Below are positions 1 to 9,560 of a DNA stretch of 64,000 bases, one piece after another. The notes beneath the pieces were generated by a model. The model searched no databases and was not told where the DNA came from. It worked only from the letters and a program-made list of their open reading frames with translations. This DNA comes from an uncultured Alphaproteobacteria bacterium (GTDB taxonomy: Bacteria; Pseudomonadota; Alphaproteobacteria; Rs-D84). How positions within the stretch are numbered: position 1 is the first letter of the stretch; the number at the start of each line of letters is the position of its first letter. The position numbers and the translations under genes are program-made. The stretch spans positions 2,208 through 66,207 of the forward strand of contig CALXWX010000005.1 of the NCBI GenBank assembly GCA_944392565.1, read 5' to 3'.

Positions 1-156
1 CATTGATGGCGCGTTTAATCGCGCTTCTTCTTTTGCCGCCGCGCGCGCCAATTTTTCTTGTTCCCATTCGCGCAGGATTTCTTCGCGTTCTGCGGGTGTT
101 TTTGCCGCTGCCAGTTGGTCTTCCAGCCATGGACTGTTTGTTTTATTTTTTGTCAT
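1..156 (-). CDS. hypothetical protein (5' part only, runs off window)
   Basis: Hand translation MTKNKTNSPWLEDQLAAAKTPAEREEILREWEQEK..., AAGGA SD upstream, directly downstream of virB11. Confidence 0.6.
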   Translation of the reverse strand, partial: MTKNKTNSPWLEDQLAAAKTPAEREEILREWEQEKLARAAAKEEARLNAPSM

Positions 157-189
157 GTTTTATCCTTTTTATTGTTTTGTATAATTGTA

Positions 190-1149
190 CTATACCACTT
201 CTGTTACCGCGCGCAAGGCGCCATCGCGTGATAATTGCACAACGCGTATTTTCTTTTTCATTTCTGCAATTAAATCAGTACGGTCATATGCTGGTTGGGT
301 GTGCAGAATTCTGTCTGCAAATGCGGCATATGCGGCATCCGCGCTTTCGGCATGAATTGTTGTGTAAAAATGATCATGTCCTGTCCCCAGCATTTCCCAC
401 AAAACGGCGGCGTTATCCGTTGATATTTCACCGCCAATAATTACATCTGGTGTCATACGAACAACCAAATCCAATAATCGCGCATAGTTAAAGTCGTTTG
501 TTTGTTCGGTACGCGATAATATAAAATGAACATGGTTTGGTTGTGGAACCTGGATTTCGCGGGCATCTTCGACCGTAATAACACGACTGTTTTTGTCAAT
601 TAATTTCAACATATGATTTAAAAATGTCGTTTTTCCCGTTGCGGTTGCACCACTGATTAAAATCGGACTGCCATCATTTATTGCGGTCATTAATCTGTCA
701 TACGGGTCGTCTGGCCGTACAGATTCGCGCGGTTTAACCTTTAACAGTTTTTCGCCACGCCGTAAATGATAGTTTTCAAATGATGTATCTGGCGCCGATG
801 TTCCGCGGATATTCAGCGCAACACCGCCCGTCACATCGCGATCATCATATTGTACATTTGGACCCGCAATTGCGGTAAATCTGTGATTGCCGGGCAGTGT
901 TGCATATACAACCGGCATGCCATGAATTGGATCAAATGGACGTTCATAGATATTGGCGACCGTGTGAATTAAATCAATTAAATATTGTTTTGTTAAAACT
1001 GCGGCATTATATGCAACCCATGGAACGCGCGCACCATGCAGCCGCATCCATACTTCACCCGCGTGGTTGATTGCAATTTCTTCCACGAATGATGGCTTAT
1101 AGAATTCTTCCAGTGGCTTTAATAAAGATTCCAGAACGATATTTGACAT
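190..1149 (-). CDS. virB11: VirB11-type traffic ATPase (T4SS)
   Basis: Walker A GATATGKT, Asp box ITVEDAREI, RMTPDVIIGGEI, His box GH...TTIHA; start trimmed to MSNIVLES. Confidence 0.85.
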   Translation of the reverse strand: MSNIVLESLLKPLEEFYKPSFVEEIAINHAGEVWMRLHGARVPWVAYNAAVLTKQYLIDLIHTVANIYERPFDPIHGMPVVYATLPGNHRFTAIAGPNVQYDDRDVTGGVALNIRGTSAPDTSFENYHLRRGEKLLKVKPRESVRPDDPYDRLMTAINDGSPILISGATATGKTTFLNHMLKLIDKNSRVITVEDAREIQVPQPNHVHFILSRTEQTNDFNYARLLDLVVRMTPDVIIGGEISTDNAAVLWEMLGTGHDHFYTTIHAESADAAYAAFADRILHTQPAYDRTDLIAEMKKKIRVVQLSRDGALRAVTEVV

Positions 1150-1226
1150 CGTAATAATTTTATCACAAATCCCGACTTGAATCAAAACGCTTTATTTGAT
1201 AAAATTATAAAAAAGAGAGATACATA

Positions 1227-1790
1227 ATGAAAAAATCATTGTTATTTGCAATTTGTTCTGTATTTGCATTGTGTGCATGTGCAACGGATTCTGATACGCC
1301 ATACAATACAACCGATTTTGCCCAGGGTGGGGCAGATGCGCCATTGTACAATGAACGCACCAGTGAATTTATGCAGGCGGATAACCAATATTCTAATATT
1401 GATTCATATAAACCAAAAACGGCGGCAGAAAAAGAACAAAATGATAATAAATGGAATACCGCGCGTATGGAAACGCGTTGGCAAGAATACCGTGGTACAA
1501 TGGTTCGTGTGCAAATATTGCTGGGGAATACAGATTTGCGCGAAATGCGTCTGCGTCTGGTTCAAAATGCAGACGGCATGGATATTGATGGTGATGCGCG
1601 TACAATTCTGGCAAAGGTTGCCGATTATGAAATGAAACGTGTATGCGGTCGTAATGCGGACAGTATTGTTATGGTATATGACCGCCCATCATTTGATGTT
1701 ATGCGTCCAACGCCATATTTTGATTATCGGGTCGAAGCCGAAGGATCCACCATGCGTGAATACGGTTTCAGATGCGTGTATAACAATTAA
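1227..1790 (+). CDS. lipoprotein of unknown function
   Basis: Signal peptide with lipobox LCAC. Confidence 0.75.
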   Translation: MKKSLLFAICSVFALCACATDSDTPYNTTDFAQGGADAPLYNERTSEFMQADNQYSNIDSYKPKTAAEKEQNDNKWNTARMETRWQEYRGTMVRVQILLGNTDLREMRLRLVQNADGMDIDGDARTILAKVADYEMKRVCGRNADSIVMVYDRPSFDVMRPTPYFDYRVEAEGSTMREYGFRCVYNN

Positions 1791-1819
1791 TAATTAACAA
1801 AAAAACAAAGGGGAAAAAT

Positions 1820-2152
1820 ATGAAAAAACTGATGTCTGCGGTTGCAGTTTGTGGTGCAATGTTTTTAACCGCGTGCGACAGCAATGCCGGCGCACAAAAT
1901 GGTGATACGGTTGTAATTGACTTTGCCGGATATAAAGATGGCGTTCAATTCGCCGGCGGTACCGCAACAAATTTCCCATTGGTTTTGGGCAGTGGTCAAT
2001 TCGTGCCTGGATTTGAAGAACAATTAATTGGCATGGAACAGGGCGAAACGCGTGATATTAATATAACATTCCCTGAAAACTATGTTCCAGAATTGGCGGG
2101 GCAAGATGTTGTGTTTACTGTTACAGTAAATGAAATTGTTCCGGCAAAATAA
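1820..2152 (+). CDS. FKBP-type peptidyl-prolyl isomerase lipoprotein (trigger-factor-like FKBP domain)
   Basis: Lipobox LTAC; GDTVVIDFAG...LGSGQFVPGFEEQLIG...FPENY. Confidence 0.88.
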   Translation: MKKLMSAVAVCGAMFLTACDSNAGAQNGDTVVIDFAGYKDGVQFAGGTATNFPLVLGSGQFVPGFEEQLIGMEQGETRDINITFPENYVPELAGQDVVFTVTVNEIVPAK

Positions 2153-2170
2153 TTTTTGTGAAAAAAACAT

Positions 2171-2201
2171 AAACCGGTCTGGGGTCAGACCGGTTTTTTT
2201 T
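2171..2201 (+). terminator. intrinsic terminator
   Basis: aaaccggtctg-gggt-cagaccggttt followed by a T run. Confidence 0.8.
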
Positions 2202-2237
2202 GCGCCGTTTTTATAATTGATGAAAACAGTAAAAAAT

Positions 2238-2432
2238 AAAAAAACGCCGCCGGTTTCCCGGCGGTGTTTCCGAATGCCCCGAAAGGAAGGAAAGGAGAAA
2301 AAGAAATTGGGCATTCTAAACCAAAAAAACTTTTGGGGTCCAGAGTCCAGAGGAGAGAGAATGTAGGAGGGAGTCTGAATCCCTGAACCCCATGGGGTTT
2401 TCACCCCGTCGCCGGGGTTTCCCCCTTTGACG
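2238..2432 (-). ncRNA. candidate sRNA with CU-rich anti-SD loops
   Basis: TTGACA-N17-TACATT promoter (2467-2439), several hairpins, terminator caccgccgg/ccggcggcg plus U-tract. Confidence 0.55.
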
Positions 2433-2636
2433 AATCGAAATGTAATACATTTTATTTAATTTGTCAAGTATTTTTGTCAAAATAATTTTTTGTATTGTTT
2501 TTAATCCCGAAAATCCGCCAAAAATAGGAAATCGTCCTTGTTGCCCGTGGGGCTGGGTTGGAATAAAATCAATATCAGACATAATGCCCAACCCGTATAT
2601 GGTTTGTCGCATTAAAAAACAAAGGGAGAGAGAATC

Positions 2637-2882
2637 ATGACACACGAAGATGTTTGGCGGGCTATCGAGCGTTTTGCCACGGAACACGGCATGTCTTGTT
2701 CTGGATTGGCAAAATGCAGCGGTCTGGATCCGACAACTTTTAATAAAAGCAAACGTTGGTCCAAAGAAGGGCAACCGCGTTGGCCATCAACGAACAGTAT
2801 TTCTAAAATATTGTCGTCAACAGGCGCCAGTATCCAAGATTTTACAAAATTCATTGAATCACATGGCAAAGATCGCGAATAA
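2637..2882 (+). CDS. stand-alone HTH regulator (N-domain of alphaproteobacterial LexA/CI-like S24 regulators)
   Basis: SGLAKCSGLDPTTFNKSKR...RWPSTNSISKIL signature; no peptidase domain. Confidence 0.8.
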   Translation: MTHEDVWRAIERFATEHGMSCSGLAKCSGLDPTTFNKSKRWSKEGQPRWPSTNSISKILSSTGASIQDFTKFIESHGKDRE

Positions 2883-2966
2883 TTGCGTATCCCATCGTTG
2901 ACCGTGGCGTATGCTGCGGTCTTTTTTTTGTTGGACAATTGTGGGTTCTTTTATTATTCTGAAACC

Positions 2967-3389
2967 ATGTTTGATGGTGTAAATATTTTTTCATCAGATG
3001 CGATATGGCGGCATATATTGTCTGACCTGGGGGCGCATGTATCTGATACGCCAATTGCATATGGTATTGATTTCGATTCATTAGATATCGTTAAACCTGT
3101 ATCCATGCTGGAATTACGCAATGCGGTTCAACATGCGCTGGATATGGATATTGGAATAATTCATAATATTTTTGGGCGTAATGTACAAATGCCTACAATC
3201 CAGGCAAAAATTATAATTTTATTATACAAATCGGGTGGAATGTCGGCATCGCAATTACGCAATGCATTGGGTTATTCGCCAAATGCGACAACGCATGCGG
3301 TTGATACGGCAATATATCAATTGCGTCGTGCATTTGGACATGAATTTATAAAAAATATAAATGGGGTATATCAAATTGGCAAATTATAA
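2967..3389 (+). CDS. OmpR-type winged-helix DNA-binding protein without a canonical receiver
   Basis: C-terminal LGYSPNATTHAVDTAIYQLRRAF...GVYQI. Confidence 0.7.
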   Translation: MFDGVNIFSSDAIWRHILSDLGAHVSDTPIAYGIDFDSLDIVKPVSMLELRNAVQHALDMDIGIIHNIFGRNVQMPTIQAKIIILLYKSGGMSASQLRNALGYSPNATTHAVDTAIYQLRRAFGHEFIKNINGVYQIGKL

Positions 3390-4041
3390 ATTGATTTCTT
3401 TTGATAAAATCCCCAGTACCCAGACATATGCGTTGGAAATGGTTGCATCTGGTACGGCGCGCGATCATACTGTTATTATGGCAATGGCGCAATCTGCGGG
3501 TCGCGGTCGTTATCGGCGTACATGGGTTTCGCATCATGGTAATTTATATGCCAGTTTTATTTATAATGCCGATGAACGCGATCCGCGATTATCATATGTT
3601 GTTGCGGTTGCAGTTGCAGAAACATTGATTTCATTTGGAATTCATCCAAAAATAAAATGGCCAAACGATATTTTAATTGATGGCAAAAAAGTATGCGGCA
3701 TATTAATTGAATATGCGGGTCATTTTGTCATTGTTGGTATTGGAATAAATATAAAATCCAATCCAACTGTTGCGGCGTATCAAACAACAAAATTGGATAA
3801 TTACGCCACGGTTGAAAAAACGGAATTGTTAAATCGTTTGATGAAGAATCTGGATCGGTGGCGGTGTATGCCGTTTGTTAATGTTCGTGCGCGTTGGATG
3901 GATTTGGCGGCGGGATTAAATCGCACGGCAAAATATCGTGGTGAAGAAATGGAATTAATCGGGATTAATGAAAATGGGGCGCTGATATTGCGCAATGACA
4001 CGCGTTATATGCTGGCATATGGCGATGAAATCAGTATGTAA
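3361..4041 (+). CDS. birA: biotin--[acetyl-CoA-carboxylase] ligase
   Basis: STQ, QSAGRGRYRRTW, KWPND, KVCGILIE motifs; true start may be TTG at 3376. Confidence 0.92.
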   Translation: MGYIKLANYKLISFDKIPSTQTYALEMVASGTARDHTVIMAMAQSAGRGRYRRTWVSHHGNLYASFIYNADERDPRLSYVVAVAVAETLISFGIHPKIKWPNDILIDGKKVCGILIEYAGHFVIVGIGINIKSNPTVAAYQTTKLDNYATVEKTELLNRLMKNLDRWRCMPFVNVRARWMDLAAGLNRTAKYRGEEMELIGINENGALILRNDTRYMLAYGDEISM

Positions 4042-4051
4042 AAATATTATC

Positions 4052-4127
4052 TTGACTTTTTATTAAATTTGTGATAGTATACAAAACATAATCAGGCAGG
4101 TTATGTCCGCATATGGCGGATTTTTTT
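4052..4127 (+). promoter_or_regulatory. sigma70-like promoter followed by tandem hairpins and a terminator
   Basis: TTGACT-N17-TAGTAT; acataa/ttatgt hairpin; tccgc-atatg-gcgga-T7. Confidence 0.55.
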
Positions 4128-4188
4128 ATTTCATGGCACGCGATCATTGCGTGCCATTTTTATTTGCTGCAACAGGGGGGATTGTCAA

Positions 4189-4599
4189 ATGCAATTAAGA
4201 CTGATAAACAATCCGGATAAATCGCGTGCCATATTATATAAAATTGCACGGGTGGTATATGCAGAAACACATGCCACAACATTGCGCTTGGTCGAAGCAA
4301 TGGCATCAATGATTGCAAATATTGCCAATGGAACTGGTCGTGATTATTCAGATATCATATCTGATTCAGAATTGTTTTGTTCATTAAATCCAGAATCTGA
4401 AAACAATAAATTATTGTCTGTTAATGTAACCGACAACGGATTCCAGATGTGTTTGCGTGTGGTGTCACGAATGTTGCATGGCACATTACCAGATTCATGC
4501 AATGGCGCAACGCGTTTTCATCATGCGGATAAAATGCCATCATGGTCAACATCGCGTGGATATATTGCGGACATAGATGGATTGCTGTTTTATTTATAA
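4189..4599 (+). CDS. SleB/Hydrolase_2-like cell wall hydrolase (putative endolysin)
   Basis: IARVVYAE (catalytic Glu position), FCSLN, GATRFH...PSW...IDGLLFY. Confidence 0.75.
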   Translation: MQLRLINNPDKSRAILYKIARVVYAETHATTLRLVEAMASMIANIANGTGRDYSDIISDSELFCSLNPESENNKLLSVNVTDNGFQMCLRVVSRMLHGTLPDSCNGATRFHHADKMPSWSTSRGYIADIDGLLFYL

Positions 4600-4612
4600 T
4601 CGGAAAACAATC

Positions 4613-4834
4613 ATGCGAAAAATTATCAGTGGCGGATTTTTATCTGGACACAGAACATATATTATATCAGGCATTGGGATATTATCTGCAATTGGTGCAT
4701 ATATGGTGGGGGACACCGATATATTTACTATGTTGCAATCTATATTTACATTGGGCGGGATTTATTTCTTGCGCAAATCCAGCGAAACAAAAAGGAAAAA
4801 ACATGGAAAACATTCCAGAAAAATTTCTGAATAA
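4613..4834 (+). CDS. holin-like two-TM protein
   Basis: LSGHRTYI start, two hydrophobic segments, basic C-tail, follows the lysin. Confidence 0.55.
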   Translation: MRKIISGGFLSGHRTYIISGIGILSAIGAYMVGDTDIFTMLQSIFTLGGIYFLRKSSETKRKKHGKHSRKISE

Positions 4835-5459
4835 AGATGGAACATTAAACACAGATGCGTTATTAAAATCATATATTGAACTGGAAAAGAAAATAGGAAC
4901 GATGGTGTCTGTTCCAGACAGTAATTCTGATGATGCATCGCGTGCAAAATTTAATCGCGCAATCGGTGTTCCAGAATCTTCATCAGAATATCCGACGAAT
5001 CAGTTGTTTGATGACGAAGAATTGCGTGAAAAATTTTTTGAAATCGGATTAACATCAACCCAGGTTGAAAAAATTTATCAAATTGCCGAAGAATTTTTAT
5101 CACCTGTATTAACAGAATTATTTGATGTTCAAAATGAATCGAATGCAATTGCTGAATTAAAAAATTTCTTTGGCACAACAGAAAAAATGAATGATGCATT
5201 GCGTGCAATAAATACATTTGGTCAGAAATATTTACCACACGATGCGTTCGATATATTATGCTCTACACCCCAGGGAATCCAAGGTGTGTACAAGATGATG
5301 CAATCAATGGAACCAACCGTTCATACAGATGACAATGATATTAAAAATTTATCTGATGCAGAATTGCGTCGCATGATGCGTGATCCGAAATATTGGCGTG
5401 ATTATGATCCAGAATATGTTCGCAAAATAGAAAATGGATTTAAAAAATTATATTCATAA
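4803..5459 (+). CDS. podovirus capsid assembly scaffold protein
   Basis: PEKF...LLKSYIELEKKIG and C-terminal MMRDPKYWRD.DPEYVRKI; acidic; upstream of capsid. Confidence 0.75.
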   Translation: MENIPEKFLNKDGTLNTDALLKSYIELEKKIGTMVSVPDSNSDDASRAKFNRAIGVPESSSEYPTNQLFDDEELREKFFEIGLTSTQVEKIYQIAEEFLSPVLTELFDVQNESNAIAELKNFFGTTEKMNDALRAINTFGQKYLPHDAFDILCSTPQGIQGVYKMMQSMEPTVHTDDNDIKNLSDAELRRMMRDPKYWRDYDPEYVRKIENGFKKLYS

Positions 5460-5565
5460 TGAAAAAAATGCACTTTCTTCTTTACTAATATTTTTGTTTC
5501 ATATAAAATATAAAGTAAGAACAAAACAAATTTGTTCTATCCAAAAAATGAAGAAGGAGAGAAGA

Positions 5566-5922
5566 ATGGCATTCACATTCTTAAAGCCAGCCGCCAAGAA
5601 ACCTGCTGCGAAAAAGCCAGCGGCAAAACCGGCTGCCAAGAAACCTGCGGCAAAGAAAGTTGCTGCGGCAAAGAAACCAGTTGCAAAAAAACCAGCTGTA
5701 AAAAAAGTTGCAGCAAAAAAACCGGCTGTAAAGAAAGCTGCTGTGGCAAAGAAACCAGTTGCTAAAAAGCCAGCTGTAAAAAAAGTTGCAGCGAAAAAAC
5801 CAGTTGCAAAAAAAGTTGCGGCAAAGAAACCAGTTGCAAAAGCAGCTGTAAAAAAAGCACCTGTAAAAAAAGTTGCGGCAAAAAAGCCAGCGGCAAAAAA
5901 AACATGTGCCAAGAAAAAATAA
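5566..5922 (+). CDS. histone H1-like Lys/Ala/Pro-rich DNA-binding protein (HctB/Hc2-like)
   Basis: KKPAAKK/KKVAAKK pentapeptide repeats, AAGGAG SD, terminator at 5929-5951. Confidence 0.85.
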   Translation: MAFTFLKPAAKKPAAKKPAAKPAAKKPAAKKVAAAKKPVAKKPAVKKVAAKKPAVKKAAVAKKPVAKKPAVKKVAAKKPVAKKVAAKKPVAKAAVKKAPVKKVAAKKPAAKKTCAKKK

Positions 5923-5928
5923 TATAAT

Positions 5929-6000
5929 TCCCCGCAATCGCGGGGATTTTTATTTTAAAATATTCAGTCAGATTTTTATTGTCTGACTGAATATTTTTTT
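5929..6000 (+). terminator. two tandem hairpins between the histone-like gene and the capsid gene
   Basis: tccccgc-aatc-gcgggga-T5 and aaaatattcagtcaga...tctgactgaatatttt. Confidence 0.7.
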
Positions 6001-6131
6001 ATTTGGACAATCCCATGTGGACCCGCATGTTTTGTTAAATGGCGCAATTTATTTGCACAACCATAATACAAAATTTTATCGGCGCATTTATTGCGCATTT
6101 TTTAATTTTTTTAACCAAAGGAAAATAATAA

Positions 6132-6968
6132 ATGTCTGTTTCAGTTGATCAGGTTTTTATAAAACAGTTCGAAGCGGATGTACATTTGGCATATCAACAA
6201 ATGGGGACAAAATTGCGTGCGACAGTGCGCAGCAAGTCTGGTGTCATCGGCGCATCGACAACATTTCAAAAGGTTGGACGCGGCACCGCCGCCACAAAAT
6301 CGCGTCATGGCATTGTGCCGGTAATGAATTTAAATCACGAACCTGTTGAATGTATATTACAAGATTACTATGCCGGCGATTGGGTTGATGCGTTGGATGA
6401 ATTAAAAACGAATGTTGATGAACGGCGTGTCGTTGCATCTGCGGGTGCATATGCACTTGGGCGCAAGACCGATGAATTAATTGTGTCTGCGATGAATAAT
6501 GCAACAAATTCTGCCGGTGATTATTCAACAGGATTGACCAAGGATTTAATTCTGTCTGCGGTCGAAGTATTAAATCAAAACGATGTTCCTGATGATGGGC
6601 GCCGTTTTGCAGTGGTTGGTGTACACCAATGGAATGAATTACTGTCTATGGATGAATTTGTATCTGCGGATTATGTTGGTAATGATTTGCCATTGGTATC
6701 TGGGGGTGCATCTAAAAAATGGTTGGGCATAACATGGGTTATGTATAATGGTTTGCCATTAAATAATACTGATGAACGCGATTGCTTCATTTATCATGCG
6801 ACCAGTATTGGGCATGCATGTGGGCAAGAAGTAAAAACAGATATATCATGGCATGGTGAACGCGCTGCGCACTTTATCAGCAACAGTATGTCCCAAGGTG
6901 CGGTTATGATTGACAATACCGGCATTGTTCGTTTGAAATGTAAAGATACAGATGAAACTGGTGATTAA
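6132..6968 (+). CDS. podovirus-type major capsid protein
   Basis: FIKQFEADVHLAYQQMGTKLR, DWVDALDELKTN, AYALGRKTD, DVPDDGRRF, MSQGAVMID: BPP-1/T7-like capsid pattern. Confidence 0.88.
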   Translation: MSVSVDQVFIKQFEADVHLAYQQMGTKLRATVRSKSGVIGASTTFQKVGRGTAATKSRHGIVPVMNLNHEPVECILQDYYAGDWVDALDELKTNVDERRVVASAGAYALGRKTDELIVSAMNNATNSAGDYSTGLTKDLILSAVEVLNQNDVPDDGRRFAVVGVHQWNELLSMDEFVSADYVGNDLPLVSGGASKKWLGITWVMYNGLPLNNTDERDCFIYHATSIGHACGQEVKTDISWHGERAAHFISNSMSQGAVMIDNTGIVRLKCKDTDETGD

Positions 6969-7003
6969 ATTAAACGCGAAATCCAAACAAAGGGAAATAA
7001 CAA

Positions 7004-7234
7004 ATGGCTTTTCAAAATAAAAATTTATCTGTAATTGCATATGCCAATGGATTCACATTGTGGCATTATGCATCAACCACAGAAACAATGACGACAATCA
7101 CAGCATCTGGATATTTTGATGATGTAAAGACATTAATGAACACTGGTGATATTGTTATTATTAATGCGTCTGATAATACATCAATAAAAAAGATAACCGT
7201 CAGCACAAATGTTGCGGTTGCCGCATTGGCGTAA
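7004..7234 (+). CDS. small virion (decoration-like) protein
   Basis: Directly after capsid; LSVIAYANGFTLWHY...GYF...GDIVI. Confidence 0.6.
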   Translation: MAFQNKNLSVIAYANGFTLWHYASTTETMTTITASGYFDDVKTLMNTGDIVIINASDNTSIKKITVSTNVAVAALA

Positions 7235-7240
7235 TTTAAT

Positions 7241-7266
7241 TGGGGCGGAACATCGCCCCATTTTTT
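7241..7266 (+). terminator. intrinsic terminator after the capsid genes
   Basis: tggggcg-gaacat-cgcccca plus T run. Confidence 0.75.
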
Positions 7267-7287
7267 ATACAAGATTGGATAACACAA

Positions 7288-7806
7288 ATGCATACAAAAA
7301 TAGATTTATGTTCAATGGCGTTGCTGAAATTGGGCGAAACACCAATTCAGTCATTATTAGATGATTCGCCCGCAGCGCAACTGGGGCGAACATTATTTGA
7401 CCCAGTGGTTGATGCATTGTTGGCGATGCATCCATGGCGATTTGCATGTAAAAATTTTGAATTAAATAAAAATAATGATGGTGAATTTTTATTACCCGCA
7501 GATATATTACGGGTATTAAAATGCAACGGTGAAATAATTGGAAATACCGTTATTGCACCAACAGATACAATAAATATAACCGCAATTGTTCGTGTCGCAC
7601 CGGAATTATTCCCCAGTTATTTTGTATCATTGGCGGCAACAAAATTAGCAATGGAATTTTGTATTCCATTAATTGGTGAACAAACAGTATTCAGAATGTT
7701 GGCGGCATTGTATGAAACGGAATTGCAGTCTGCAAAATTTATCGACAGTACATCTGCGCCAAATACGGGGATAAAAAGTTTTTCTTTGATAAATACGCGT
7801 TTTTAA
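7288..7806 (+). CDS. tail tubular protein A (T7 gp11-like adaptor)
   Basis: IDLCSMALLKLG...LLAMHPWRFA...LPADILRV. Confidence 0.8.
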   Translation: MHTKIDLCSMALLKLGETPIQSLLDDSPAAQLGRTLFDPVVDALLAMHPWRFACKNFELNKNNDGEFLLPADILRVLKCNGEIIGNTVIAPTDTINITAIVRVAPELFPSYFVSLAATKLAMEFCIPLIGEQTVFRMLAALYETELQSAKFIDSTSAPNTGIKSFSLINTRF

Positions 7807-7820
7807 ATATGGGGGGATAA

Positions 7821-9536
7821 ATGGGCGATTTTATAAAAACACAAAATTCATTCGCGGATGGCGAAGTCGCACCAGAATTTTTTGCCCGTGATAATTTAAA
7901 CGGTCTGTCGCGACTGGAAAATATGGATGTTTTGGCGGGTGGCGGATTGCGGCGGCGGCGTGGATTGGCATCTGTCGCGAATTTGTCATCATCTGCACGA
8001 CTGATACCATTTTCTGTTTCTGAATCAGAAAACTACTTGCTGGTTTTAACAGATGGACATATATTGGTATACAGCGATGATGTTCGTATTGCAGATTTAT
8101 TTGCGCCATGGGATTTTGATGAATTGGATAAATTGCAATATGCCCAGCGATTTGGCACAATGATATTTGTTCATCCAGATTACCAGCCATATGTATTAAA
8201 GAAAACGGGCAGTACATTTGATATCGTTGTATTTGATTTTGAACGCAACGATTCTGATATGACAGTAAATATGCCATTTATGAAATTCGATGATGCAGAC
8301 GGAATAAAAATAACAGTATCGTCAAACGCCAGTGGTAATAACTATGCAACATTTACGACAAATAAAAATTTTTGGACATCCGAAAACAAAGACGGGCGTT
8401 TTTTATTGCTGGGCAAACAATGGATAATCACAGAATATGTCAGTCCAACGGTTGTTTATGCATATACGAACGGAACATATTCAATACCATCTGACCCAGT
8501 GTCTGATTGGTACGAAGCGGCATTCAGCGCGCGTCGTGGTTGGCCATGCAGTATCACATTCCATCAAGATCGATTAGTATTCGGTGGGTCGCGTTCATGG
8601 CCCAGTGGCGTATGGATGTCCCGTGTTGGTCGACATAATAATTTTAATGTTGGCACTGGGCTGGATGATGAAGCCATCTTTTTAACATTATTGTCGCAAC
8701 AGCGCCAACAGATATGTACGGTCGTCAGCAGTGATAATTTACAAATTTTAACAAATGCCGGTGAATGGGCGATTTCCAGTAAACCATTAACACCATCGGC
8801 GGTTGATATAAAGCAACATACATCTGTTGGCAGCGTTGCGTCCCGTTATCTGCCACCACAAAAGATAGAAGGCGCAACCGTATTTATATCTGCGGGTAAA
8901 ACAGATATTCGTGAATTAAGTCTGGATCAATTGGGCGAATACTATAACGCAAATGACCTGTGTGCGGCGGCAAAGCATTTAATGCGCGACCCAATTGATT
9001 TGTCATATAACGATAATACACGGCAATTATTTGTTGTAATGGCAGATGGTGATATGGCTGTTTTAAACCAAAATTCTGCACTGGGTATTTCCGCATGGGC
9101 GCAATATAAAACCCAGGGACAATTTAAATCTGTTGCAACCCTGGACGGTCAAACATATACAGTTGTCGCCCGGGGAACAAATTATTTTCTGGAAAAATTT
9201 TCTGATTCTGCATTAAATGATGCGGGTCAATATGGTTTTTCTTTTACTGCGGCGGCGATGCCATTGCGTGCATCTGGGCATAACGCGAATATGTTAAAAA
9301 TTCGTAAAATTTCCGCGCGGGTTTTAGATACAAAAACATTATTTATAAATGATGCACGCGCATCATTGCCAAACGAAATCTATGCAGATGACGCACCAGG
9401 CTATACCGGTGATGTATCTGTGAATTTGTTGGGTATGCAACGCAATTGTATAAATGCGCCATGGAAAATATCCAGCAGTGAACAATTGCCATCAACAATC
9501 TTGTCCGTGTCAATATACGGATATTACATAGTATAA
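7821..9536 (+). CDS. tail tubular protein B / nozzle (T7 gp12-like)
   Basis: QNSFADGEVAP, GGLRRRRG, GWPCSITFHQDRLVFGG, VWMSRVG, AWAQY. Confidence 0.85.
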   Translation: MGDFIKTQNSFADGEVAPEFFARDNLNGLSRLENMDVLAGGGLRRRRGLASVANLSSSARLIPFSVSESENYLLVLTDGHILVYSDDVRIADLFAPWDFDELDKLQYAQRFGTMIFVHPDYQPYVLKKTGSTFDIVVFDFERNDSDMTVNMPFMKFDDADGIKITVSSNASGNNYATFTTNKNFWTSENKDGRFLLLGKQWIITEYVSPTVVYAYTNGTYSIPSDPVSDWYEAAFSARRGWPCSITFHQDRLVFGGSRSWPSGVWMSRVGRHNNFNVGTGLDDEAIFLTLLSQQRQQICTVVSSDNLQILTNAGEWAISSKPLTPSAVDIKQHTSVGSVASRYLPPQKIEGATVFISAGKTDIRELSLDQLGEYYNANDLCAAAKHLMRDPIDLSYNDNTRQLFVVMADGDMAVLNQNSALGISAWAQYKTQGQFKSVATLDGQTYTVVARGTNYFLEKFSDSALNDAGQYGFSFTAAAMPLRASGHNANMLKIRKISARVLDTKTLFINDARASLPNEIYADDAPGYTGDVSVNLLGMQRNCINAPWKISSSEQLPSTILSVSIYGYYIV

Positions 9537-9560
9537 ATTTAATTTATGGGGGTAAATACA

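Noticed and set aside
5499-5937. Phe/Ala-rich and Cys-rich ORFs
   Set aside because: Alternative frames of the low-complexity histone-like gene.
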